Source: Podarcis muralis
Lineage: Eukaryota
NCBI RefSeq assembly: GCF_964188315.1
Contig: NC_135667.1
Location: 20,398,001-20,462,000 of the forward strand
DNA: 64,000 bases
Direction: 5' to 3'
Of the stretch, positions 1 through 13,066 are shown piece after piece (position 1 is the first letter of the stretch; each line of letters opens with the position of its first letter). The position numbers and the translations under genes were made by a program. The notes beneath the pieces are model-generated. The model saw nothing but the letters and a program-made list of their open reading frames with translations, did not search any database and was not told the origin of the DNA.

Positions 1-176
1 ACCTGAAACTGTTCTTAACCTGAAGCAGCACTTTAGCTAATGGGGCCTCCTGCTGCTGTTGCGCCGCTGGAGCACGATTTCTGTTCTTATCCTGAAGCAA
101 AGTTCTTAACCTGAGGTACTATTTCTGGGTTAGCAGAGTCTGTAACCTGAAGCATCTGTAACCCGAGGTACCACTG
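1..176. mobile_element. Tc1/mariner-type MITE (right part)
   Basis: Ends in TIR gtaacccgaggtaccactg followed by TA; same family as 3333-3550 and 40243-40460. Confidence 0.85.
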
Positions 177-413
177 TACTGTATAACAAGGATTATGGGG
201 TAAATGAGGCAAAGAGAAATTTACAGCTCCCCCCCCCCCCCGTAAAAACCTTTGATATTTCAACAAAACTGCATTCTCCCTAGATTGATCGCCACTACCT
301 CCTTCCTCTTCCTGTCCAGAGAAACTCACCTTCCTCGGGCAACTGAACTGACTGACAAGGCACTGAGAAGGCAAAGCAAAGCCAGGCCTCACAGTGGGCC
401 CACAAAGACTCAC

Positions 414-531
414 CCGTAGAAGTGTCCCCGGACGAACTCCTGGATACGAGCTTTGCTCTGGGCATGGAGGTTCTGGAATTCATGCATGGCAGAGAATTTC
501 TTGACATTCAGTCCGTTGGGAGTCACGATAT
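414..531 (-). CDS. GYS1: GYS1 coding exon 6 (118 bp)
   Basis: [40 protein letters not shown]; acceptor ccag, donor gtgagt. Confidence 0.96.
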
Positions 532-3500
532 CTGGATATGTTGGGAGTGGAGAACAGAGCAGAGAAAAGGTAGAAGCAGAATTTTATTTCTTTTCTCTTA
601 AAGATCATCAGTAACCTGACAAACACTCAAAAGCTACCTAGAGACGTAAAAAAAAAAACAAGAGTCACAGCAACAAGACAATGTTTCAGGTTTGTTCCAT
701 GCTGTTTATTTTTATTTTTAAATCTGCACTTTCTGAAAAGGTGATTTACAGCTCTGGAAAAGGAAGAGCGTGCAGCCAATCAGTGCTTACACAACCCCCT
801 TTGGTTACCATGGCATCCTCAGACCAGAGACACACACACCAGTGCCTGCCAAAAAAACCCCAACCCCTCTCAATTTTTAACTGAGCTTAAAAAAAGGGGT
901 TGAGGGGTTGCCCTATTGGTTGCATGTCACCTGCTTTGTTTTAACTATTTAATTTGTGCTTGTATCCTGTATTTTTATTGTGTAAACCGCCCTGAGGTCT
1001 TCAGATGAAGGGCGATATAATAATAATAAGTTTTGAAAACTGAGGACCCCTGCCTAATGCCACTCACCAGGCTTCCGCTTTAACAGGTGTTCAGCTTCCA
1101 CGGCTGTGATCTGGGAGACAGTGGTGAAGACGTGGGTGCAGTGGACAGCAGCCCTCTCCATGCAGTATCGGTGGTAGATCTGCCGGTCCCCAGCCTCCTT
1201 GTCCACATTAAACTAAAGAGGAAGGAGATACAACAAAACTGAACCAAAACCATAGGACCTAGTATTGCGACTGTTAAGTTGTGGGTGAACATATCAGACG
1301 ACACAGCGATTCTTCAAACAGCTCTTGTTTATTCACAGGCCAGAACAGAACTGAACTGAAGGGTTCAGCCAGCCTGCTTATATAGAGCTCAACTAGAACG
1401 CAACAGTAACCATTTTCTGTAACTATCCAATCACTGAACGTCACTTTCAATCTTTTATTTGCATATGTGGACCTGAGTGAAAACTATCTACAGTATCCCC
1501 CTGCTGGCCCAGGGTGAGAACTTCAGTACATAACAGCCACGCCTTAGGAATGGAAGAGGGCAGAAAGTGCTCAAGGAAAACAAATTCCCCACAGCACCCA
1601 CAATATGAGAAGTATTAGAAAGTGCAGAATCATGTTTTCCTGGCAGTGAAAACGTTGCTGTTTTGAGTGGTGGAGAAAACGTGATCTCCTCAGACCTTGC
1701 CTTGAGGAACAGTGTCTGGATTTTGTGCGATGACTGCACATTTTTTTCCTGACTAGGACACTGCCTGGAAAGGACTTGGGGATGATGGGCCTCTGAGAAG
1801 AGAGTGAGATTATGAGAGCTGGATTTTGTGACTTTTGAGTAAGGAAGCAGGGAATTTCTGGGGCAGACCAGGAACCTAGTAGGGGTTCACGGGGGAAGAT
1901 TCTTGAATCCTGGGCTATTTAAGAGCAGACCAGGAGCCTTACGATGACAGCCTGGGGTTTGCAGAAGAAGAAAACAGCAAGCCAGAGGTTCCAGCATCAC
2001 CCCCTCCGAACCCCACAGCTCCCTGCCTCAATCGCCTTTCCTTCCTGGCCTCCACAAGACTCACTTTCTGCAGGTTGTTGTAGAAGTCCACGCTGCCCGC
2101 ACACAGGTATCGGCCAAGCAAGGTGGCGTGCGTGGTGAAGATGGTAGCCACCGGGAGCTTCCGGATTCGGCAGAGGAAGAGACCGACTCCAGACAACCAT
2201 TCGTGGAAATGGCCGATGATGAAAGGCTTCTCCTCACATTGTGCAGCAAACTGTAGAAAAAGGCAAGGACAGAGAGAAAGGCCTGTGTGTGCGCTGAGGA
2301 TGTTGTTGGGACCACATCTCCCCGTTATCCCTGGCCACTGGCCGTGTGAGCTGCAGCTAATGGGAGTTGGAGTCCAACAACATCTGGCAGGGCAGTAAGT
2401 CCTCCATCTCCAGAGAAAAGAAGAGAAGGGAAAGGGAGGGAGCGGATATGATGTGGAAGAAGCGCATTTTCTTACCTCCCCTATAAACCAGGCTGTGAGG
2501 AAGCCAAAGAGCACGGCGTCGTTGGCCTCTCGGTCGTACCAGGGAATCCCGATGGAGCAGCTTTCCCAGAGCTCTGTCTTCCAGCGGTCCAAGCTCCAGG
2601 CAGTTGCCCCAATATCAATGAGGATAACGTACGGACCTCCCTCAATCAGCCAGCGGCCAAAATAAACCTGGACAGGTGTTATATGAGCAGCAGGTTAGCC
2701 GATTGCAGGTAGGTACCAACTTACAAACAGTAAAATGCGACTCCTCCCCATTATCTTGTCAAGTTCCCCTCAGTAAAATGCAACCATTGCAGCATGGGTT
2801 TTGAATTTCAACATGCAAACTTGAAATATTTCAGCTTTGTTCCCAGTTCGAAAGCTCCAATTCAAAACGCTGGGCTTCAGGCTAATGAAGATTTTTAGAG
2901 CCTAAGCATAGTATTGTTTGAAGCAAAATCTTGAATATTTGTGCGTGCACACAGATTTTGGGATGGAAGATTTCAAGGAACAACCTATTTTAAAAGGGCT
3001 GAGGAGAGAAGGAGAGAGAGAAGTGGGCAGGGAATTAGAATTATGCAGAAAGAAAATGATTTGCACTGGGCAGGCGGATGGCACTCAGAACTCCACCATA
3101 TATTTCTGAGCTTCAGCAGATGATGCCTATAACATGTTAAAACCTTTCCTTTCCTTGTCACCAGGCCTAGAAACTTGCTTCAGATTTTTACAAGGAAGTT
3201 AAAATGCTTGGAGGCCCAAACTCTATACTAGGCCATCAAATTCTTCACAGAATTGCACAAGAGACAGTCTTGGACTACAACTCCCATCAGCCCTCTGCAC
3301 AAGAGTAACCATCATCTTCTATGGCCAAACTACAGTGGTACCTCGGGTTACATACGCTTCAGGTTACAGACTCCGCTAACTCAGAAATAGTATCTCGGGT
3401 TAAGAACGTTGCTTCAGGATAAGAACTGCTCCGGCAGTGCGGCGCCAGTGGGAGGCCCCATTAGCTAAAGTGGTGCTTCAGGTTAAGAACAGTTTCAGCT

Positions 3501-6500
3501 TAAGAACGGACCTCCAGAACGAATTAAGTATGTAACCAGAGGTACCACTGTATATATCTATTTGAAAGAACTTATACACCTCCTGTCTGTTCTGCCAAGC
3601 AGCTTTGCAACACAGGCCTTATAGCCTGTCAACCCTGGTGAGCAGCCTCCAAACTCTTGCCTTCCTTTGTGGAAGAACCTAGGAGCTTAGGCTTCCATTT
3701 TTAACCCAGATTGCTCTTCCCACCAGTTCCTTCCCTCTGCCCCTCCATCCCCTCCATCTTGAACTCAGTGGGCCTCAGTGTCATTGGTCCCTCTCAACCG
3801 GCTTCACGAGGCAGAGTGTGTTGTGTATGTGCATGTCTAATTTTAGCCTGCGGTTCATATTACACCCCCCCCCCCCAATCTCCATTTTGTGAAAGGTCTC
3901 GCCTGCCTGGTGTTGTTCTTCTCAGAGTTGCTCAAAATAAACTGCCTGGACAGAAATGCCCAGCTGCCTTCGTGGTCAGGGATGGGGTGGGGTGGTTAGC
4001 TACAAAGAATAATAATTACTTCTATTAGTTGCTTTCTTATATTTTTTGAAACCATTTGCATGAACCCAGCTGTGTTTGGAGAAAAGCAGATGGTGCTGAA
4101 CAGGATCTTATGGGGAAGAATTAAACGCTGATTGTTCTGATCAAACTGATTGTTCTGTCAGAGCAAGGTTTTCAGCAGATAAGAGCTTAGAAACTTGAAA
4201 GGCCTGAAAGAGCCAGAACTACTTCTCTCCTCCGAGGTATTTGCAAACTACCTCGGTCTACAAATGGAAACCGAACGGTGGAAGGGCACCAGTGGCGGGA
4301 GGCCTCATTAGGGAAAGCGCGCCTCGGTTTAAGAATGGATTTGCTGTAAGAACAGACTTCCGGAACGGATTAAGTTCGTAAACCGAGGTACCACTGTACT
4401 TGACTTTTAGAAGACATCTGAAGGCAGTCTTGTTCAGGACAGTTTTTAATGGTTGATGTTGTGTTGTGCTTTTAATATTTTGTTGGGAGCTGCCCAGAAT
4501 GGCTGGGGCAAGCCAGTCAAACAGGCGTCATATATATAAATACAAACTTCATTCCAGGTCTGGCCAAACCACAGTACAGAACACCCCCAGCCACCATGAC
4601 TACAGTTTAGTATTCCTGCTTTTAAAAAAAATTAAACGTCTTTAGAATTCCAATTTTTCAGTTAATCACAAATACGTAAAAGATGGTAGTGATATCACCA
4701 GTCAGGTAGGCAGTTTGAGAATCAAGCTCCTATCCTACCTGGTTTTTTTAAAAGTAGCATAACTATGGGGAGAAGGACTGGCCTAGAAATTAAGTCCTAT
4801 GACAGGGTGGGGAATCTTTGTCAGCCCAAAGGCCACATTTCCTTCGGGGGGGGGGGCACATGCAGCAGTGGGCTGGGCCTGAAGCAAAAGTGAGAGGAGC
4901 AATCAAGTTTCAGCTTTGTACACTAGGCTAGTTTCCACACACACTCAGAAACCCCTCTCTCTCCTCCATCCAGGGAAGCAAGAAGCATTAGCAGAGCTCA
5001 AAGTCGCATTCCAGGAGGGTACGAAGCTCATAAGGTGTGCGAAGGAAGAGGCGGCCTGGAGGCCACTTTCTGCCCCTGGCCCCAAGGCTACAAGAATAAG
5101 ACACAATATGCTTAAAGGACCCTCAGGATGTGAAAAGTGACTTGAGACTGTCTCCTGTAGACTGAGAAACAGCATCCAATATCAGAGTCGCCAGAGAGTG
5201 AGGAAGGGCCCGGCATGCCACCAAAACAGTTCAAAGCAGGGGCAAGGGGAGAGAGGGGGAGAAGGAAAGGGAGTTGCCCAGCTAGTAGACAACTCCTGCA
5301 GGCAAAGGCTGGGCACTTCTTAAGTGGGAGCTGAGGTAAGAGTGGGCAGTAGTGAACAGGACTGCCAGCTGGGGGCTAAAATAAACCCACAAACCTTGAT
5401 GAAAGCAGCTTAATTATTTCTCCTGATCTTTCACTTCTGGACTTCGGCTTAACAAAACATTTTAAATACCTGCACTGCCCTCCCCAGAAGCAGGCATGTT
5501 ACATCCACCGTATGGAAGTTGCCAAGAATGGTGTCTATGCGACAGCACCTCCAAAGCTAAGAGTTGTAATGTAAACAGATCAGACCAAGGCAGCCCGTTA
5601 TCTGCAGTGAGTGACCATTTAGATGCTTCAAGTAGGCTCACATGCAAGGCAGCAACAGACCTTTCTGCCCTGCAAGATCTCTAAAAAGACAGGTCTCATT
5701 TAGTTGTTGTGGCTTAGTGGTCTCTCCTCCTCCTTAGATTTACCTAAAACTACCCAAGCCAGGATCTTCCATCGCATCTTGCAGCAGATAATTCCACTGG
5801 TTAATTGCGTGCTAATTGAAGGAGGACTTCTCTTTTGTCTGTCCTGAATCAATTGCACTGCTTACTATGGGGGTCCTCCCAGTTTTGTGGACAGCCGTCA
5901 ATGCCAGCAGCAGCTGCCACAAGGAATGTGCAATGAGAGCGCAAAGCAGCTCCACAGTGTTTGGGGGATGAACACAAAGAGTATATTTCTCTGTGTTATA
6001 GCCCAGCTGTCCTATCAAATTTGACCCCTGGTGTGATAAAAACTGTACCGGTAATTTTAAGGATAAAATCACTTAAAACTTGTGCTAGAGATTTCTGCAT
6101 TATAATGTTAGATTCAGGCACGACCCAGAGAGGCAAACGAGACCCCAACTGATAGCTATTTGGACTGCTTGGATTCCACAATTCTGCCCAAGTGTAGATA
6201 AAATAAAGAGCTTCGTACTGGGTGCAAAATTCAGCACCCTGAAGGGTTCTGCTTTTATTTACAGTGGTACCTCTAGTTGTGTTCCACTCTTGTTACGAAC
6301 TTTCAGCTTACGAATGCGGCAAACCCAGAAGTGTTTACTGCACGGAAGAGGCACTGTAGTTGCGGATTTTATGGGGTGCAAATGGCACCCCGAAATTGAT
6401 TAAGTCCGCAACTAGAGGTACCACTGTATTTTAAAATAAGTGTCTTGCACTTAGGGGTGTGAAATGGCCCTCTCTGCCACCAGAATGCGGGGTGGGGGTG

Positions 6501-9500
6501 CGACAGGCAATACACTCCAAATGAAGAAAAAGAGGAATAAGGATGCAATAAGAGGAAATGAAAAGACCTTTATTTTAGACCAGGGAACCTCATATAGAGA
6601 GACATTAACCACAAACAATGGTGGCAGAGCAGGTTCTAGACTGTACCACTTCAGACTGAGAAAGGGACTCACAAGAACGTGTGCTTCATCGGGTTGTTGT
6701 TTTTTAAAATAACTCCTGCAAAATTAAACTGGATGTATCCTAGGCATGCCGGCTTCCTATATGTAGGAATGTTATTTTTTTCTGTGGGGGAGCAATTCTG
6801 TCTTGTTGGCTCCCATCTGCGGTCTGAAAAGGCACAGTACTGAAAGTCACATGACAGTCACAGTCACATGACACCCCCTCTGTTAGGAAGAAAGGAAGAT
6901 GCTTTATACCAGGTCAAACCTCTCGTTCATCTAGCCCAGTATCTGCTACTCTGACCAGCTCTTCAGGGTCTCAGGAAGATGTCTGTCCCGACACCTGCTG
7001 CCTGATTCTTTTAATTAGAGATTAACCTGGCACCATCTGCATGCACAGCATGTGCTCTACCACTGAGCTGCAGTCTCTGCCTCAAAGGAAGGTGAGGTGC
7101 TGCTGCAAGAATTTGGCCTCTGCGGACCCCAATTTGGCCTCCCCCCGTTTCTTACCTTGCATCCTTTTGCATTCATGGAGTCAATGGTGCGGCGGATGGC
7201 AGGGTTGGGCGGCTCTATGAGCTCTACCTGTGTGCGGACATTCAGCTCCAGGTAAGGCCCAATCAGGAAGTAATTCTCTCCCCACTCATCCAGTGTAATC
7301 TTGGCTTTGGTCTGGATAACCGTGTAGATCCCACCAACTGAAGGGAGAGAAGGGGTGGCATTAGTTGACCCCCTGTAGGCTGGTACCCACTCGCTCCCAG
7401 ACATCAATGCGTACAAGCACAAAGAGGGAGTTTCGTCCACTTTCAGGGGTCCTGGCATTGGGTTGGCTTGTGACCACAGGATGCTGAATGTGAAAATTAT
7501 CAGTGGTAGATTCAGGAGGCTGAAAGGAAGCGCTTCTTCACACAATGTAAAGTTACGGGATTCGCTAAGACATGATGTAGGGATGGCTGGTGGCTTTCAA
7601 GGATGGACAGAGAAGTTCATAGATTCAGAGTTGAGTAGGATCTCAAAGGTCACCTAGTTTAACCCCCTGCCAATGCAGAAAATCCACTGCTTCAGTATCC
7701 CTGCTTGGCTTCAACCTCTGCTTAAAAACCTCTAGTGAAGGAGAGTTCTCCAGCAGCAGCTTCTGAACTGCTGAAAAGCTGTGCCATCGGGAAGTTCCTG
7801 ATAAATGTTTACTTGAAATCCCCTTTCTTGTAATTTGAATGTTAGTTTCGTTCCCACCCACCCAAGCAACAGATTTGCTCCATCATCTATGTAACAGCAC
7901 TTCAAATATTTGAAAATGGCTATCGTATCGTTTCTTAATCATCTCTTCTTCAGGCTAAGCAGTTCATGGAGGATAGGTCTATTCGTGGCAATTAGTCACG
8001 ATGGCTATATCCAGTTTGCACATTCATTCCACAATGGGGGACAAAAAGGAGGGAGGGGCATTTTTTCAGGCTCTTGCAAGCATTCCCAGAAACACCTGCC
8101 TGGCTACTGCAGGAAGTAGGGTGCTGGACCAGGCAGGTCTTTAGATTAGATTAGATCTTTAGAGTTCTTCCTGTACTCCTGTGGTTGTACTGCTTGGATG
8201 TTCCTCAGTGAACCTATTTCAGTGCTTTATACAGTAACCTACTAACACTATTTCCCTTCGATAGGAAAAGCTCTTGTGCAATGCAACAGCCTGCTTTCGC
8301 TAGATCCTTAATCAGAAATGGAAGCATTCCAACATTAAGTCAGAAACATTATGGGGAGGTTGGCTTGTGCATGCTCCCAATGGATGTCTGTGGCACAGCA
8401 CAACAATTTCCACATGTGAATTGCAGGTCAAGCAGAATGGTTCTCAGTAGCTCACGTTTGACTCCAAATCATCACTGAGAAAGGATAAATCATGGCGGGG
8501 AACATGAATTTGTGGATGCCACAGAGATGCACTTACTTAAACAGTGCCATAAGCAGAAGTAAGTAGGTTAGGAATATACAACTGTTTCAGTTACATCTAC
8601 TTATGTTTAGGTACAGATATTAGGGTAGGGATGGGAATCCTATGGCTATTCAGATGTTGTTGGACTACATCTTCCATAATCCCCAAGCTGTGGCCGTGCT
8701 GGCTGGGGCTGATGGGAACAGGAGTCCAACAGCATCTCAAGGGCACAGGTTCCCCATTCCTGCAGTAGGGTATTGCTACACTTCCATAGAAATGTCTGAG
8801 GCAGAATTCACTCAGGGGTGGTGAACAAGCAGCTACACGATGCACACCTCTTCTGAATGGGTTCCTGCTTCAACATTATAACTGAAGAACACATACAAAA
8901 AGGAAGCTTTGAGATACCCTTGCGTCTGCTCACCAAGGCTTTTGGGGTTCTGGGATTTGCGAAGGAAAACTGGAATGATGCAAGCTCCACCCCAGCAGCC
9001 CAGGAGATGCACAGATCAAAACTTTAGATCTTTCAGTTTGGAGTTGCCCCAAAGTACTTCGCTCTGACTCTGCAGACCCGAGAGAATTAAGGAGGCCACT
9101 TGCTCCAAGATTCCTGGCACTAATTGTTCTCTTATAACCAGTTAGGCGCCAGTTCTCTTCCTGGAAAGAGCACAAACTCTGCCATCACTTGCAAGCCACT
9201 TCGCCTACCTATGGTCCTGGCTGCCTCTGTCAAATGTGCATCTCATCTTGGCTCACTGCATCCCCTTCCAAGCTAGTAAATCGAAAAGAAGGGAGGAAAA
9301 CCACCTACATGAATAATGTAGGTGAAAAGGCTTGGCCAGGAAATTAGCACTGCAGGATACAAGGGCCTGGGGCATCACTTCTATAAGGAGCAAGCGCCAT
9401 TTTGGGGCTGGATAAATGCAGGCATCTCACATGGAATTTGTAGGTGCACTGCTGCTCAATTTGGCCTCAGGCAAGACCTCAGCTGGATGGCTGCAGTTTG

Positions 9501-12500
9501 AGGGCCTTGAAGGACAATGCTGACCAATGTCATCCCATCCACTACCTGGACAACCCAGGTGCCCTAAACACAAGAAGAGCCTGCTGGATCAGGCCACTGG
9601 CCAATTGAGTCCTGCATTCTGTTCAGTGGCCCAACTGGTTGACCATGGGAATCTTGCAAGCAGAGACTGAGCACAAGAACGCTCTCCCTTCCTGTGGTTT
9701 CCAGAAACTGGTATTTAGAAGAGGCAGAGCATTGCCTCCATCACAACTACTAGACATTGACAGCTCTGGTGCTTATGTGCCTTGAACAACCCCAGTTTCA
9801 TTCATCCCCATGACCATGAAGCCAAGGCACTGTGTTCTGTATTCATCACTCCACAAATATACGCAAGCCCTACTTTGAGATAATGGAAGAAGTACTTAAT
9901 ATTGATACACCTGCCAGACTTTCAGGAGCTGATTTGCTCCAATATTCTTCTGGCACACTGCTTCCTAGTAACTCCAAGTTGCGATCTTATGCGGTACAAT
10001 TGCTGTATTTCAGAGTGTACTAGGACATAAATATGTATATATTAACTAGGGTCTGCCACCCCTGCTCATTCCACTTCCCAATACCATTCCCCTACACCCA
10101 GAACAACAACCCCTTCCCTTTATATCTCACCCCAGTCCCTCACTTATCCTGCCCCACAGCTTGTCCCTCCCCTCCTACCCCACCTCATAGAGCAGCTTGC
10201 TAAACAGCTATGCGAAAGTGTGCTTAATGGGGAGGGGGAGGTGCTTCACACAGATTTAGCAAACTTCATTGTGCCTCTGATGGTGCCTCCCCTCCCCCCA
10301 CCCCACCCCACCCACCTATCACCCCCACACTTGCTTGCTTGGCTGCCTGCTATTCACCAGACAGGAGTTGTCAAGGCTGCCTACATGACAACAGCATTAC
10401 CATTTTATGCATATAGGAAGAGACACATGCACACATTTCATAGGATTTCATAGGATACATTCAGACACAAATTCCAACTATGTTTTACAAAACCACAGTG
10501 CAACACTACGCCTGAAAGCAAGTCCCACTGTATTCTGTGCAACTTATGCTCGGGTTACACATGTGTAGGACTGCAGTCTTTGGCAGATTTCAGTTTCTAA
10601 GACCTGCCTCCTCTCAGATCCCCAAGGATCTTGGTGGAAGCAACTGTTTAAAAACAACAACACACCAACAAAACAGTTAAGGCAAAATGCAGTTATGTAA
10701 AACAGTACATAAAAAGCCATTCAAACTGCTTCAGCCTCCTTGGCCCAGTGTGTCAAAAGCCTGTCCTAAACAAAGAAATTCCAGAATTGCTCAGGATCCA
10801 TCATTAGCCACCACGTGCCTTTGTCGCCTGGCTCTGCTGCATTGGTGACATGGCTCATGCGTGATCTAATAGTCACAATGGAGAGCATCTTCCACTGAAT
10901 GTCCTAAGAAAAACAGCAGGCTTTGCAAGTTAAAACTAGCATCTTGAATGGTGTCCAAAAGACAATGTGGAGCCGGGACTGATGCTAGAGCACAACTGTA
11001 ACATTTTCTTGGCAACCCACCCACCATCAGAAGATAGGCTTCCAAATTCTATATCCAATGGAAGTTTCCCAGAAAGTCATCTAAAACACCCCCTTCTTGA
11101 ATATACCATCTTCAGGTACAAGACCTGGGATGCTGAGGTTTCTTTAAATGGGAAAGGAACTGAGACTACAGAAGGGAAGAAATGAATAGTGTACCTTCAG
11201 TAGCAACACACATATTAAAGAAACATTACTGCCGTTTCCTGATATGTAACCATTAAAACCAAAGACACACAGAGGAAAGAGAGAACAGGCTATGTTAATG
11301 TGACAGGGGCAGGCGGAGAAAGGAAGTACATGATAAAGAAGTTCAATTCCCCAACAAACAGAAGTTGCAACAGGCTCTTAATAGCTACCATGCTTTGAGC
11401 AAATGTTGCTTTACGTGTTTATAATCCCATGAGGACTAGCAGCTTGATTTTGCTTCAAACTGAAGTCAAGTTTTTGTTCCTAGGCAGCATGATTCCAGGT
11501 GAGGTGGCTGAATCATGACACTGGATAGGGAAGGTTCTGCCAACCTGACATTCAGAAGCAGCCACCCTCCTGCTTCTAAACAGTTTCCTATTTATACAAG
11601 GACGCAGCAACTTCAAGGACTGTCTGACATTTCAAGAGGTTCCTTATGCAACAGAACGGTGTGTGGGGTTGTGTGTGTGTATGTTGAGTGTAACCTATGT
11701 ATGTGTGCGCGTGAACGTGGGGAGGTTGAGTGTAACCTTTCTGTGTTGGTAATATAGCTGGGGCATGCAAGGCACGTGCTCAAACTCTGGGGAAGAAGCC
11801 AGGAGAACTTTAACCTCCCAAAGGGTCATGTCCTTAACAGCGCACATGGGAACAGGTCCTCCGGGATAGTGACGGCGCTGGCAAGTGTCCAGGATCGAAA
11901 GGAGTCTCCATCGAAGCCCACTGCCCCTTGTCCAAGCAGCTCCACAGCTGCATCCTTTCAACATCATTGCACCCCATGTTAATCACTTTATAGCCTGACA
12001 AAAGAGCACCAGGACTTCTGAAGCAAGACACATGGCAACTGATTCAGCCAGAGGGCACACTGGGTGATCATTCTACATTCTGACAGCTGACTGCACTGGG
12101 AACACTCAGAATAATGGGGCCCTACAGCTGCCCATCAACCCAAGTTGCATTAACATAAAAGGGGAGGCTTTATAGCTAGGAGGTGCCATGCAAAGTCATA
12201 GGAGGAATAAGGCCTAAGCTACTTCCCAGACCTGTTGATTGCAAGGAAGAGACCACAGAGGTCCATTATAGGAGGAAGGGGAACCCCAGAGAAAAGAGGA
12301 TCCCTGACTTTCAGCTTCCTTTCCTCCGACACGTGCCCTCCAGATGTTTTGGCTCCAGCTCCCATCAACAAAGTAAATGGTCTGGGGTGATGGGAACTCA
12401 GATCCGACAACATCTAGAGGACATCAGGCTGTGGGAAGGATACCTTTACCCTTTCCAGCAGGGATGGGGAACCAATGGCCCTCTAGAATGATATTGCTGG

Positions 12501-13066
12501 ACTGCAACTCCCATCATCCCTGGCCAGCATGGCTAATTGCCAGGGATGGTGGGAAATGTAGTCCAACAACGTCTAGAGGACTGGAAGCCTGCTACTCCTG
12601 CTTTAACGTCTAGGCCAGGCTTTCCCAAACGTGGATCTCCAGCTGTTTTGAGACTACAGTTCCCATCATCCCTGACCACTGGTCCTACTAGCTAGGGGTG
12701 ATGAGAGTTGTAGTCCAACTGGTGTAGGCTACTGGCTTTCAGGACTCAACATTACTTTGCTTACAAATATCTCAGCAAGGCGTGTTCCCAGTCCCTCCTT
12801 ATGCTCACCCACTAGTCCCAATTCTGCAACACCCCCACCAAGGAAAAGAACCTCAGGCATTCTGGTTTCCACTTGCCAACCTGCTCGAGCCCATCAAACA
12901 TCACCATTTTCCTTAAAAAAAGAAGCCTGAAAAGAGATTACATCTTACCTTTATTGGCCACTTCCCAAGCCACCTCAAAAAGGATGGCATTTTCTAGGTC
13001 GAGTTCATCATCCCAGTCCTCCAATCCTGTCAGGGAGGTCACTGAGAGGCTGCGGGCAAGTGGCAT
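414..13066 (-). CDS. GYS1: Muscle glycogen synthase, 5' part (coding exons 1-6; gene continues left of the window)
   Basis: join on minus: 13066-12949, 7337-7156, 2667-2476, 2250-2065, 1212-1068, 531-414. All boundaries are GT-AG. Translation [52 protein letters not shown]...HFHEW...[13 protein letters not shown]...[40 protein letters not shown] matches glycogen synthase. The N-terminus resembles GYS1 rather than GYS2, and exon sizes 118/182/192/186/145/118 fit GYS1. Confidence 0.96.
945..1030 (+). mobile_element. L2-like LINE 3' tail (approximate)
   Basis: gtaaaccgccctgag...gaagggcgatataataataataa tail typical of squamate L2. Confidence 0.5.
1068..1212 (-). CDS. GYS1: GYS1 coding exon 5 (145 bp)
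   Basis: [48 protein letters not shown]; acceptor ttag, donor gtgagt. Confidence 0.96.
1272..1535 (-). mobile_element. Solo LTR (264 bp) in GYS1 intron 4
   Basis: TGTTA...TAACA termini; 5-bp flanks gcgac/gccac (4/5); on minus, octamer, CCAAT, TATATAA and AATAAA in LTR order. Confidence 0.8.
2065..2250 (-). CDS. GYS1: GYS1 coding exon 4 (186 bp)
   Basis: [62 protein letters not shown]; acceptor acag, donor gtgagt. Confidence 0.96.
2476..2667 (-). CDS. GYS1: GYS1 coding exon 3 (192 bp)
   Basis: [64 protein letters not shown]; acceptor ccag, donor gtaaga. Confidence 0.96.
3333..3550. mobile_element. Tc1/mariner-type MITE, complete
   Basis: TIRs cagtggtacctc...gaggtaccactg with TA on both sides. 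Confidence 0.9.
4230..4396. mobile_element. Tc1/mariner-type MITE, left-truncated (start approximate)
   Basis: Right TIR aaccgaggtaccactg + TA. Confidence 0.7.
4400..4545 (+). mobile_element. L2-like LINE 3' fragment (approximate)
   Basis: ttttagaagacatctgaaggc...gctgcccagaatggctggggcaa...tatatataaata. Confidence 0.5.
6262..6426. mobile_element. Tc1/mariner-type MITE, complete
   Basis: TIRs cagtggtacctctagttg...caactagaggtaccactg with TA TSD. Confidence 0.9.
6895..7080 (-). mobile_element. Squamate tRNA-derived SINE (Squam3-like; ends approximate)
   Basis: Reverse tRNA-like head ...catgcacagcatgtgctctaccactgagctgcag; similar to 20495-20670 and 51950-52055. Confidence 0.6.
7156..7337 (-). 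CDS. GYS1: GYS1 coding exon 2 (182 bp)
   Basis: [60 protein letters not shown]; acceptor tcag, donor gtaaga. Confidence 0.96.
7600..7810 (-). mobile_element. CR1 LINE 3' fragment (approximate)
   Basis: catagattcagagttgagtaggatctcaaaggtcacctagtttaacccc...ctgcttaaaaacctctagtgaagg resembles a reversed CR1 3' end. Confidence 0.6.
9560..9780 (-). mobile_element. CR1 LINE 3' fragment (approximate)
   Basis: aagaagagcctgctggatcaggcc...ggtttccagaaactggtatttagaag; same family as 57812-58051. Confidence 0.6.
12325..12730. mobile_element. Cluster of palindromic hAT-type MITE copies just downstream of GYS1 coding exon 1
   Basis: Repeated arms (g)actacaactcccatcatccc / gggatgatgggagttgtagt forming short inverted repeats. 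Confidence 0.7.
12949..13066 (-). CDS. GYS1: GYS1 coding exon 1 (118 coding bp)
   Basis: ATG at 13066 (gcaccATGC); [39 protein letters not shown]; donor gtaaga. An acceptor 57 nt upstream of the ATG (13124-13125) implies this is not the first exon. Confidence 0.95.
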
